A stretch of 64,000 nt of DNA from Thermodesulfobacteriota bacterium (lineage in GTDB: Bacteria; Desulfobacterota; Desulfobulbia; Desulfobulbales; JBFMBH01), in assembly GCA_040755095.1 (NCBI GenBank), contig JBFMBH010000004.1, positions 12,968-76,967 on the forward strand, in the 5' to 3' direction. Position numbers and translations under genes: made by a program. How positions within the stretch are numbered: the stretch's first letter is position 1; the number at the start of each line of letters is the position of its first letter. Below, piece by piece: positions 10,273 through 17,733 of the stretch. Under the pieces are notes generated by a model. It was not told the origin of the DNA, ran no database searches, and saw nothing but the letters and a program-made list of their open reading frames with translations.

Positions 10273-10845
10273 CTAGTTGCGGCGGCCGCGCACAGCAATG
10301 AGCCCAAAAAGGCCGGAGCCCAGGAGCAGCACCGAGGCCGGCACCGGAACCGGGCTGGCATCGTGGATCAGGACGCCGGTGCCGGAGCTCGGCTGACCGA
10401 CAATATCCCAGATCTCATAGAGCTCGACGCCCGGAATCGGCACGACATCATACTGATAATTGGTGACCACCGAGCCGCCGCTCACCATGCCGAACTTGAT
10501 GCCGAACTCCGGGGTGGCCCCCAAAGATACGGTCGTCGAGTTCGGGGTGAAGCCCATGTACCAGGTGCCACCGAGGTTGCTGAAGTTCACGGTCCGGGTC
10601 CTGGCGGTGGGGGTGATCACCCACAAGGCACTGCCAGGATTGCCCCAGTCATAGAAGGCCATCCTGGGGTAGGTCGCGTTCTGGGCAACCAGGTGCAGGG
10701 CGAAGGTGAACACATCGTCCTGGGTGTTGTTGAGGTCGTTGGGCTGCCAGGCGCCACCATAGGTATAGGCACTCGCCGAGCTCGGCCGCGAGGCTGCAGC
10801 CAGCAGCACCAAGGCGATCACCGCCATCCATCGCATCTTCCGCAT
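10273..10845 (-). CDS. PEP-CTERM sorting-domain secreted protein (tandem copy 2)
   Basis: An RBS GAGGAGGAAG precedes the ATG at 10845. The signal peptide is MRKMRWMAVIALVLLAAASRPSSASA. The C-terminus VPVPASVLLLGSGLFGLIAVRGRRN has the PEP-CTERM layout: motif, transmembrane helix, Arg cluster. Confidence 0.85.
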   Translation of the reverse strand: MRKMRWMAVIALVLLAAASRPSSASAYTYGGAWQPNDLNNTQDDVFTFALHLVAQNATYPRMAFYDWGNPGSALWVITPTARTRTVNFSNLGGTWYMGFTPNSTTVSLGATPEFGIKFGMVSGGSVVTNYQYDVVPIPGVELYEIWDIVGQPSSGTGVLIHDASPVPVPASVLLLGSGLFGLIAVRGRRN

Positions 10846-10973
10846 CGTCTTCCTCCTCAGATTATGTTGGACCTTCGTTGCATCGGGTTGGGGTCTGCCC
10901 AGGCAGCCCCTCGACTCCACATTCCGCGCCGATCCCGGGAACCGGCGCTACCTTTCCATTGCCCCCTCCCCGC

Positions 10974-10990
10974 TAGCAGAAACCATGCCA
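10974..10990 (-). promoter_or_regulatory. sigma-54-type -24/-12 promoter (TGGCAT-N6-CTGCT) of copy 2
   Basis: The minus strand reads TGGCATGGTTTCTGCTA, with GG and GC 12 nt apart as in the TGGCAC-N5-TTGCW consensus. It is positionally homologous to the element upstream of copy 3. Confidence 0.6.
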
Positions 10991-11035
10991 TAACCGCAAG
11001 GGAAGCGCCCCCGCAGCCACAAGCCGGCCAAGAGC

Positions 11036-11082
11036 AAAAAAAAATCCGGAAGCAGCAGGGCCCGGACCCTCCTGCCTCCGGA
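11036..11082 (-). terminator. rho-independent terminator of PEP-CTERM copy 3
   Basis: The minus strand reads TCCGGAGGCAGGAGGG-tccggg-CCCTGCTGCTTCCGGA followed by a U9 run. Confidence 0.8.
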
Positions 11083-11107
11083 TGCGAAACCTGGATCGAA
11101 ATCGACT

Positions 11108-11680
11108 CTAGTTGCGGCGGCCGCGCACGGCAATGAGCCCGAAGAGGCCGGAGCCCAGGAGCAGCACCGAGGCCGGCACTGGAACCGGGCTGGCATCGTG
11201 GATCAGGACGCCGGTGCCGGAGCTCGGCTGACCAACAATGTCCCACACCTCATAGGCTTCCACGCCCGGGATCGGCACCACATCGTACTGAAGATTGGTC
11301 ACCACGCCGCCGCCGCTCACCATGCCGAACTTGATGCCAAACTCAGCGGTCGGCCCCAGGGAGACGGTCGTCGAGTTCGGGGTGAAGCCCATGTACCAGG
11401 TGCCACCGATGTTGCTGAAGTTGACTGTCCTGGTCCTGGCGGTAGGGGTGATCACCCACAAGGCACTGCCCGGATTGCCCCAATCGTAGAAGGCCATCCT
11501 GGGGTAGCTCACGTCCTGGGCAACTAGGTGCAGGGCGAAGGTGAACACATCGTCCTGGGTGTTGTTGAGGTCATTGGGCTGCCAGGCGCCGCCGTAGGTA
11601 TAGGCGCTCGCTGGGCACGGCCGCAGGGCTGCAGCAAGCAGCACCAAGGCGATCATCGCCATCCATCGCATCTTTCGCAT
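11108..11680 (-). CDS. PEP-CTERM sorting-domain secreted protein (tandem copy 3)
   Basis: An RBS GAGGAGGAAG precedes the ATG at 11680. The signal peptide is MRKMRWMAMIALVLLAAALRPCPASA, and the C-terminal PEP-CTERM motif is the same as in copy 2. Confidence 0.85.
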   Translation of the reverse strand: MRKMRWMAMIALVLLAAALRPCPASAYTYGGAWQPNDLNNTQDDVFTFALHLVAQDVSYPRMAFYDWGNPGSALWVITPTARTRTVNFSNIGGTWYMGFTPNSTTVSLGPTAEFGIKFGMVSGGGVVTNLQYDVVPIPGVEAYEVWDIVGQPSSGTGVLIHDASPVPVPASVLLLGSGLFGLIAVRGRRN

Positions 11681-11773
11681 CGTCTTCCTCCTCAGATTAT
11701 GCAAGACCTTCGTTTCATCGCGTCCTGCCCGATCCCGGGAACCGGCAGCACTTTCCATCTGCCCATCCCAAGC

Positions 11774-11790
11774 AAGCAGGAAGTGTGCCA
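11774..11790 (-). promoter_or_regulatory. sigma-54-type -24/-12 promoter (TGGCAC-N6-CTGCT) of copy 3
   Basis: The minus strand reads TGGCACACTTCCTGCTT with GG/GC spacing as in the consensus. It lies about 95 nt upstream of the start codon. Confidence 0.65.
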
Positions 11791-11894
11791 CTCATCTGAG
11801 GATCTGACCAGGCTGCCCAGCGCCACTCAGGAGACCAGTCGTGGCATTCCAACCAGCCAACCCTGCCCGATCAGCCCACCACCAATCCGATAAG

Positions 11895-11923
11895 CCGGAA
11901 AATCCGTTCGGAAAGCCGGAAAA
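11895..11923 (-). promoter_or_regulatory. candidate enhancer (UAS): CGGAA-repeat element
   Basis: The plus strand reads CCGGAAAATCCGTTCGGAAAGCCGGAAAA, centred about 120 bp upstream of the -24 element. A near-identical core, CCGGAAnAnCCGTTCGGAAA, occurs at 30797-30831 at the same relative position upstream of another PEP-CTERM gene. Confidence 0.5.
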
Positions 11924-12012
11924 CCTCCAGGAAACCGAACAACCCGAAAAAGGCGGGACCGACCAACACGTCTCACCCCCTGCACCGACCAGGAGGCGCC
12001 CACCCGCAGGCC

Positions 12013-12056
12013 CTCCCAGAAACACCAAGGCCGGCCAGAATGGCCGGCCTTGGTGT
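12013..12056 (-). terminator. terminator-like hairpin downstream of tRNA-Pro
   Basis: The minus strand reads ACACCAAGGCCGGCC-attc-(T)GGCCGGCCTTGGTGT followed by UUCUGGG. Confidence 0.55.
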
Positions 12057-12065
12057 GAAAAACCA

Positions 12066-12142
12066 TGGTCGGGACGAGAGGATTTGAACCTCCGACTCCC
12101 TGAACCCCATTCAGGTGCGCTACCAGACTGCGCTACGTCCCG
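12066..12142 (-). tRNA. tRNA-Pro (anticodon GGG)
   Basis: The minus strand reads CGGGACGTAGCGCAGTCTGGTAGCGCACCTGAATGGGGTTCAGGGAGTCGGAGGTTCAAATCCTCTCGTCCCGACCA. It folds as a cloverleaf with anticodon loop AUGGGGU and an encoded CCA. Confidence 0.93.
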
Positions 12143-12204
12143 ACCCCATGCCCCAAAAAGGCTCAATGGTTACCATGAATAGCCGCCTCGGTCAAGGAGA
12201 AGAC

Positions 12205-12534
12205 TCACCGCTCCTCCTCCAGCAGCCGGCAGATCGCCACCAGCTCCCCCTTGATGGCGGCCAGGATATCCGAGCGCTGACTGCGGCCCCCCTTGCGGGC
12301 CTGGGCCAGGGCCTTTCTGGCGCCAGGGATGGTATATCCCTCCTCGTAGAGGAGCTCTTTGATCCTGAGGAAATTCTCCACATCCGCCCGGCGGTACAGC
12401 CGCTGCTTGGAGGCCACGCGGTTTGGTCGGATGACCGCAAACTCCGATTCCCAATAGCGGAGGACATGCGCCGCGACACCGGTGAGAGAGGCCACCTCCC
12501 CCATTCGGAAGTACTGCTTGTCAGGGATGGCCAT
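12205..12534 (-). CDS. MerR-family transcriptional regulator
   Basis: [32 protein letters not shown]...RLYRRADV is a MerR helix-turn-helix. An alternative start lies at 12573. The gene sits downstream of ihfA, as in many deltaproteobacteria. Confidence 0.8.
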   Translation of the reverse strand: MAIPDKQYFRMGEVASLTGVAAHVLRYWESEFAVIRPNRVASKQRLYRRADVENFLRIKELLYEEGYTIPGARKALAQARKGGRSQRSDILAAIKGELVAICRLLEEER

Positions 12535-12607
12535 GGCCTGAGTCTCTGCCGGGGCCTTCCGTGCGTCGGTCACGGCCGCGTCCTCTCCCCCGCCCAGGGG
12601 CCTTGCC

Positions 12608-12910
12608 TCAACCTCCGCCCTGGCCGTTGATCCGCTGCCGTAGCTTCTTGCTGGGCCGGAAGCTGACCACCCGGCGGGGGGTGATGGCCATGGGCACCCC
12701 GGTCCGAGGATTACGGCCGAGCCTGGCCGCCTTGTCCCGGATCAGGAAGGTGCCGAACTGGACAAGCTTCACCGATTCGCCGGCCAAAAGGGTCTCCCGC
12801 AGGCACAAGAAGACGTCATCCACCAGCTCTCCTGCCACCCGCAGCGAAAAACCCAGTTGCTCGTGGATGGCCCGCGCCAGCTCCTTTCGGGTCAGACTCG
12901 GCTTCCTCAC
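12608..12910 (-). CDS. ihfA: integration host factor subunit alpha
   Basis: 100 aa. [10 protein letters not shown]...[47 protein letters not shown] is the HU/IHF fold signature. The GTG start overlaps the pheT stop (GTGA). Confidence 0.9.
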   Translation of the reverse strand: MRKPSLTRKELARAIHEQLGFSLRVAGELVDDVFLCLRETLLAGESVKLVQFGTFLIRDKAARLGRNPRTGVPMAITPRRVVSFRPSKKLRQRINGQGGG

Positions 12911-15336
12911 GCTGTCGTCTCCCGCAATCGCCCGCCAAACAGGGTTACCATGCGGTCCGCCAGTCGACGGTGCACCTTCTCCACCTCCAGATCGCCCAGG
13001 GTACGATCGGGCGCCCGGTACGTGACCGAGATGGCGACGCTCTTCTCCCCCGGCGCCAAGGGCTTTCCCCGATAGACATCAAAAAGCTCCGCCGCTTCCA
13101 CCAGAGGCTCTCCGGCGGCGATAAGCCCTGCCACCATCGCCCCGGCGGGCACCTCGTCGGCCACGACCAGGGCCAGATCCCAGTTGACCGCGGGAAAGCG
13201 GGGCAACGCTGCGAAGGCCTTGCGGTGCCGTTCCGCCGCCACCAGGGCATCCAGGTCCAGATCCAGGAAGAACACCGGCTGGCGAATCCCGAAACGATCC
13301 GCCACTGGCGGCGCCACCTGGCCCAGATGCCCCACAGTGCCGCCGGGCAAAACGACAGCCAGGAGACTCTCGGGCACCGCGAAGCCCAGGGGCTCCTGGC
13401 TGGCAACCAGGCCGGCGGTCGCCAGCCCCAGGCCCTGGATCAGGGCTTCAGCGACACCCTTGACATCGAAAACGTCAACCCCTTCATCACCGGCGCCATG
13501 CAGCCTCTGGCCCCGGGGCCACCGGGGGCCGGTGAGCACTGCTGCCAGACGCTGGCCCTCCTGGGGCTGCGGCTTGCCGTCCTGGGCGAAGAACACCTTG
13601 CCTACCTCAAACAGCCGCAACCGCAAGGTCTGCCGGTTCAGATTGTGGCGAACATTGCTGAAGAGTCCGGGCAACAGGCTGGTGCGCAGCACCCCCTGGT
13701 CCTCGGCGAGAGGGTTCAGCAGCGGCAGCTGACAACGTCGAGGATCCTGAGGCGGCAGCTCCAGCCACTCGCAATACCGCTTGTCGGTGAAGCTGTAATT
13801 GACCGCCTCGCAGAAACCCAAGGCGGTCAGAATCGAGGCTGCCTCCCGGCGCAACGGCCTGTCCGGAGTGGCCTCGGGCAAAACCAGCGGCACCCGCGGC
13901 AGGCTGGCGCCGATGGTCTCATAGCCCACCACCCGGGCTACTTCCTCAATAAGGTCAATCTCCCGCTCCAGATCCACCCGGAAGGATGGCGGCGTCACCG
14001 CCAGCCGGTCTTCCGCAACCTGGGTGGACGCCACCTCGATGCGGGCCAGCGTCGTCCGGATCTCGCCGGCGGTCAGGGTCGTGCCCAACAAGGTATTGGT
14101 CCTGGCCACCCGCAGGCCCAGGGTCACCGGCCGTCTGGGCCGGGGGCAGCAGTCCACCCCACCGGGCCGCGGCTGGCCGCCGGCCAGGTCCGCCATCAAC
14201 GCCGTCGCCCGCTGCAAGGCCGGGACCACGCCGCCGAAGTCCACGCCGCGCTCGAAGCGGTAGGAAGCCTCGGTGGACATCTTGAGAACACGGGCCGTGC
14301 GCCGAATGCTCGTGGGCTCAAAAAACGCGCTCTCCAGCAGCACCTCGGTGGTGCTCGCCGTGACCTCCGAGCTCTCCCCGCCCATGATCCCCGCCAGGGC
14401 TACCGGCCTTTCTGGGTCTGTGATGAGGAGCATGCCGGCGTCCAGTTGCCGGCGCGCCCCGTCCAGAGTGACCATGGCCTCCCCCACCCTGGCGGTTCGC
14501 ACCACAATCCGCCCGCCGGCGATGCGCTGGAAATCAAAGGCGTGCAGCGGCTGGCCGAGCTCCATAAGCACCAGGTTGGTGACATCGACGATGTTGTTGA
14601 TTGGCCGGACCCCCACCGCCCGCAGCCGCAACTGCAGCCACCAGGGAGAAGGACCGATTCGCACGCCGGTGATGAGGCGGGCGGCATAGCGAGGGCAGTG
14701 CTCCGGGGCCTGGATCTCCACAGCAAAGGGCAGATCTGCAGACGGCGCCGGCAGCTCGGCGGCAGCCTGTGGCCGGACCAGCCGCTGGCCGGTCAACGCT
14801 GCCACCTCCCGGGCAATCCCGATCACCGACGCGCAGTCCGGCCGGTTGGGGGTGAGATCCACCTCAATAAGCCAGTCGTCCAGACCCAGAGCCGTGGCCA
14901 GGGGCTGCCCTGGCCTGCAGGTCGGTGGCAGCTCCAGAAGGCCGGTCGCGTCATCCCCCAGGCCCAGCTCCTTGGCTGAGCACAGCATGCCCGCCGAGGC
15001 CCGACCTCGGATCTCCACGGCGGACACCCGACGGCCATCCGCCAGCACCGCCTCCGGCAAGGCGAGGGGCGCCAAGAGGCCGGGGCGGGCATTGGCCGCA
15101 CCGCAGACGACCGGCAAGGCCGTGCCCTCGATCGCCACCCGGCACAACGCCAGACGTTCCGCGCTGGGATGGCGGCTCACCTCCAGGATCTGGCCCACCA
15201 CCACGTTGTCCAGGGCCGGAGCCAGATGACTGATCGACTCCACCTCCAGGCCGCGCATGGTCAGGCCGTCAGCCACAGCCGCCGGCGACAACGGGGTGTC
15301 CACGTACTCCTTGAGCCAGTTGATGGTGAACTTCAT
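12907..15336 (-). CDS. pheT: phenylalanine--tRNA ligase beta subunit
   Basis: MKFTINWLKEYV... is the classic PheT N-terminus. The product is about 809 aa. An upstream alternative start at 15357 is less likely. Confidence 0.93.
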   Translation of the reverse strand: MKFTINWLKEYVDTPLSPAAVADGLTMRGLEVESISHLAPALDNVVVGQILEVSRHPSAERLALCRVAIEGTALPVVCGAANARPGLLAPLALPEAVLADGRRVSAVEIRGRASAGMLCSAKELGLGDDATGLLELPPTCRPGQPLATALGLDDWLIEVDLTPNRPDCASVIGIAREVAALTGQRLVRPQAAAELPAPSADLPFAVEIQAPEHCPRYAARLITGVRIGPSPWWLQLRLRAVGVRPINNIVDVTNLVLMELGQPLHAFDFQRIAGGRIVVRTARVGEAMVTLDGARRQLDAGMLLITDPERPVALAGIMGGESSEVTASTTEVLLESAFFEPTSIRRTARVLKMSTEASYRFERGVDFGGVVPALQRATALMADLAGGQPRPGGVDCCPRPRRPVTLGLRVARTNTLLGTTLTAGEIRTTLARIEVASTQVAEDRLAVTPPSFRVDLEREIDLIEEVARVVGYETIGASLPRVPLVLPEATPDRPLRREAASILTALGFCEAVNYSFTDKRYCEWLELPPQDPRRCQLPLLNPLAEDQGVLRTSLLPGLFSNVRHNLNRQTLRLRLFEVGKVFFAQDGKPQPQEGQRLAAVLTGPRWPRGQRLHGAGDEGVDVFDVKGVAEALIQGLGLATAGLVASQEPLGFAVPESLLAVVLPGGTVGHLGQVAPPVADRFGIRQPVFFLDLDLDALVAAERHRKAFAALPRFPAVNWDLALVVADEVPAGAMVAGLIAAGEPLVEAAELFDVYRGKPLAPGEKSVAISVTYRAPDRTLGDLEVEKVHRRLADRMVTLFGGRLRETTA

Positions 15337-15400
15337 GCCGTTGCCAGGGGGGGCCACGCCACCAAGGAGGTCCTGGACGCACCCCGGTGGCTGGCCTCGT

Positions 15401-16453
15401 TCAGAATTGGGTCAGGAAGCGCAGGTCGTTTTCGTAGAAAAGCCTGATGTCATCGATGCCGTACCGGAGCATGGCAATCCGCTCGATCCCCAGGCCGAAG
15501 GCCAAGCCACTCACTTCCTCCGGATCGTAGCCTACCATCCGGAAGACCTCCGGATCGATCAGGCCGGCGCCCAGGATTTCCAGCCAGCCCGTCGTCTTGC
15601 ACACCCGACAGCCTTTGCCGCCGCAGATGACGCAAGCGATGTCCACCTCAACGGACGGCTCCGTGAAGGGGAAGAAACTAGGCCGAAAGCGCAAGGCGAT
15701 GTCCGGGGCGAACATGCGCTGGCAGAAAAGCGAGAGGAGTCCCTTGAGGTCCCCGAAGGAGACTCGGCGGTCCACCAGGAATCCTTCCACCTGATGGAAC
15801 ATGGGGGTATGGGTGATGTCGGAGTCGCAGCGGTAGACCTTGCCCGGCGCGATCATCCTCAACGGGGGCCGACGCGCCTGCATGGCCCGGATCTGCATGG
15901 GGGAGGTGTGGGTGCGCAGGAGCACCCCCTCCCCCAGGTAGAAGGTGTCGTGCATGTCCCGGGCCGGGTGGTGGGGCGGAATATTGAGGGCCTCGAAGTT
16001 GTAGAAATCCAGCTCGACGTCCGGTCCCTCGGCCACCGAAAAACCCAGATCGGTGAAAATGGAGCACACCTCCTCCAGGACCTGGGACACCGGATGGCGC
16101 CGTCCCAACGGCATGCCCCGCCCGGGCAAGGAGCGATCCAGCAGCGGCCCTGTCGATACCGGCGCGGGGGCGGTGCTGGCCATGGTCAGCCGCTCGGCCA
16201 GCAGCCCTTCCAGCTCCGCCTTGATCGTATTGGCCAATTGCCCCAGGCGAGGCCGTTCGGCGGCGGGCGCCTTGCCCAGCTCCCGAAGAGCGGCGGTCAG
16301 AAGGCCCTTGCGGCCCAGGAAACGGATCCGCGCCTCCTCCACGGCCTCCGGCCCCGTGGCTGCAGCGATGGCCTCCCGGGCTTGGATCCGCAAAGCAGCC
16401 AGACCCGCCTCCAGGTCCGAAGGTCCGGCCGGGACAGTGATCTTGGGGCTCAC
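15401..16453 (-). CDS. pheS: phenylalanine--tRNA ligase alpha subunit
   Basis: The C-terminal catalytic core carries FNFEALNIPPHHPARDMHDTFY and FRPSFFPFTEPS. The GTG at 16453 was chosen because the longer ORF would overlap rplT; the exact start is uncertain. Confidence 0.85.
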   Translation of the reverse strand: MSPKITVPAGPSDLEAGLAALRIQAREAIAAATGPEAVEEARIRFLGRKGLLTAALRELGKAPAAERPRLGQLANTIKAELEGLLAERLTMASTAPAPVSTGPLLDRSLPGRGMPLGRRHPVSQVLEEVCSIFTDLGFSVAEGPDVELDFYNFEALNIPPHHPARDMHDTFYLGEGVLLRTHTSPMQIRAMQARRPPLRMIAPGKVYRCDSDITHTPMFHQVEGFLVDRRVSFGDLKGLLSLFCQRMFAPDIALRFRPSFFPFTEPSVEVDIACVICGGKGCRVCKTTGWLEILGAGLIDPEVFRMVGYDPEEVSGLAFGLGIERIAMLRYGIDDIRLFYENDLRFLTQF

Positions 16454-16464
16454 GACAGGTCGGT

Positions 16465-16824
16465 TCAGGAGGCGAAGCTTTGGGAGGCCAACTGGGCCAG
16501 TTGGCCGAAGGAGGCCGGATCCACCAGGGCCAAGTGGGCCAGAACCTTGCGGTCCAGCTCGACATTGGCCTTCTTGAGCCCGCCCATGAACCGGCTGTAG
16601 GAAAGACCATGCAGGGCTGCTCCGGCGCCGATCCGGACGATCCACAGCCGGCGGAAATCCCGCTTGCGCTGCCGTCGATCCCGGTACGCATACACCAGGG
16701 CCCGATCCACCGTCTCGGTGGCGGTCCGGTACAAACGGCTGCGGCCGCCCCGGTAGCCCTTGGCCAGCTTCAGCACCTTGTTGCGTCTTTGGCGGGCTTT
16801 GAAGCCCCGCTTGACTCGTGGCAT
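16465..16824 (-). CDS. rplT: 50S ribosomal protein L20
   Basis: [33 protein letters not shown]... is a canonical L20 sequence. Confidence 0.97.
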   Translation of the reverse strand: MPRVKRGFKARQRRNKVLKLAKGYRGGRSRLYRTATETVDRALVYAYRDRRQRKRDFRRLWIVRIGAGAALHGLSYSRFMGGLKKANVELDRKVLAHLALVDPASFGQLAQLASQSFAS

Positions 16825-16840
16825 GAGTGCACCCCTTTTC

Positions 16841-17038
16841 TCAGACGTACGGCAGAAGCCGCTTGAGGCCTCGACGGTTGGCGTCGTCCACCACCTCGGC
16901 CTTGCGCAGCCCGCGCTTGCGCTTGGTGGTCTTCTTGGTGAGGATGTGGCTGTGGTTGGCCTTGCTGGCCATCATCTGGCCGCCACCGGTAGGCCGGAAC
17001 CTCTTGGCAGCGCCGCGGTTGGTCTTCATCTTCGGCAT
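16841..17038 (-). CDS. rpmI: 50S ribosomal protein L35
   Basis: [20 protein letters not shown]... is a canonical L35 sequence of 65 aa. Confidence 0.95.
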   Translation of the reverse strand: MPKMKTNRGAAKRFRPTGGGQMMASKANHSHILTKKTTKRKRGLRKAEVVDDANRRGLKRLLPYV

Positions 17039-17093
17039 GGATCATCACTCCTGTCGGACCGTGTCCCCAGGGGACGGGGACGACCGGCGGTAT

Positions 17094-17639
17094 TTAGTGC
17101 TTGGGGCCCAGGAACATGGCCATCTGCCGGCCCTCCATCTTCGGTGGCTGCACCACCACCCCGACGTCGGCAATGGCCTCCCCGACTTTGGTGAGGAGCT
17201 GCATCCCGTACTGATCGGCGTAGGCGATCTCCCGGCCCCGGAAGCGCAAGGTCACCTTGACCTTGTTCTTCTGCTCCAGAAACTTGCGGATGTTACGGAT
17301 CTTGAAGGCCAGATCGTGCTCCTCGGTCTTGGGCCGGAACTTGATCTCCTTGACCTCCACCACCGTCTGCTTCTTCTTGGCCTCCTGAGCCTTCTTGCTC
17401 TGCTCGAACCGGTACTTGCCGTGATCCATGATCCGGCAGACCGGCGGTGTGGCAGCGGCAGCGATCTCCACCAGATCCAGCCCCTCCTCCTCGGCCAGAG
17501 CCAAGGCCTGCCGGCTGGAGACCACCCCGATCTGTTTGCCATCGGAGCCGATCAGACGGACCTCCGGAGCGTTGATCATATGGTTGACCCGGACCCTGAC
17601 CTCCTGCGTTGGCCTCTGCGGCAGCTTCTTACCTTTGAT
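17094..17639 (-). CDS. infC: translation initiation factor IF-3, probable AUC start
   Basis: The ATG-delimited ORF (to 17579) lacks the conserved N-terminus. Twenty in-frame codons upstream encode IKGKKLPQRPTQEVRVRVNH, which parallels E. coli MKGGKRVQTARPNRING. The ATC at 17639 is preceded by AGGAGG (6-nt spacing), and an in-frame TAG lies two codons upstream. Confidence 0.85.
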   Translation of the reverse strand: MKGKKLPQRPTQEVRVRVNHMINAPEVRLIGSDGKQIGVVSSRQALALAEEEGLDLVEIAAAATPPVCRIMDHGKYRFEQSKKAQEAKKKQTVVEVKEIKFRPKTEEHDLAFKIRNIRKFLEQKNKVKVTLRFRGREIAYADQYGMQLLTKVGEAIADVGVVVQPPKMEGRQMAMFLGPKH

Positions 17640-17733
17640 ACCCTACCTCCTGTAACGACCGAATGATCCCCAACCACCGGCGCCAATGCGCCAGCCGCTC
17701 CGATACCTAAAGCCCCCAGGCGCAACGACCGCC

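Larger units (their letters stand above)
9703..11790 (-). repeat. tandem repeat of ~835-bp PEP-CTERM gene units (2 complete units plus 1 truncated)
   Basis: Stop codons at 9772, 10273 and 11108 give spacings of 501 and 835 bp. CDS, terminator hairpin, leader and -24/-12 element recur in the same order. Confidence 0.9.

Noticed and set aside
9700-11100. Regularly spaced, near-identical hairpins (9703, 10203, 11036) as a CRISPR-like or REP array.
   Set aside because: The spacing (500-835 bp) and context show that they are the terminators of tandemly duplicated genes. There are no short unique spacers and no cas genes.
16454-16645. Extended PheS N-terminus (ORF 15401..16645).
   Set aside because: It would overlap rplT by about 180 nt in another frame. 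Similarity to the PheS N-terminal helices begins only near the GTG at 16453.
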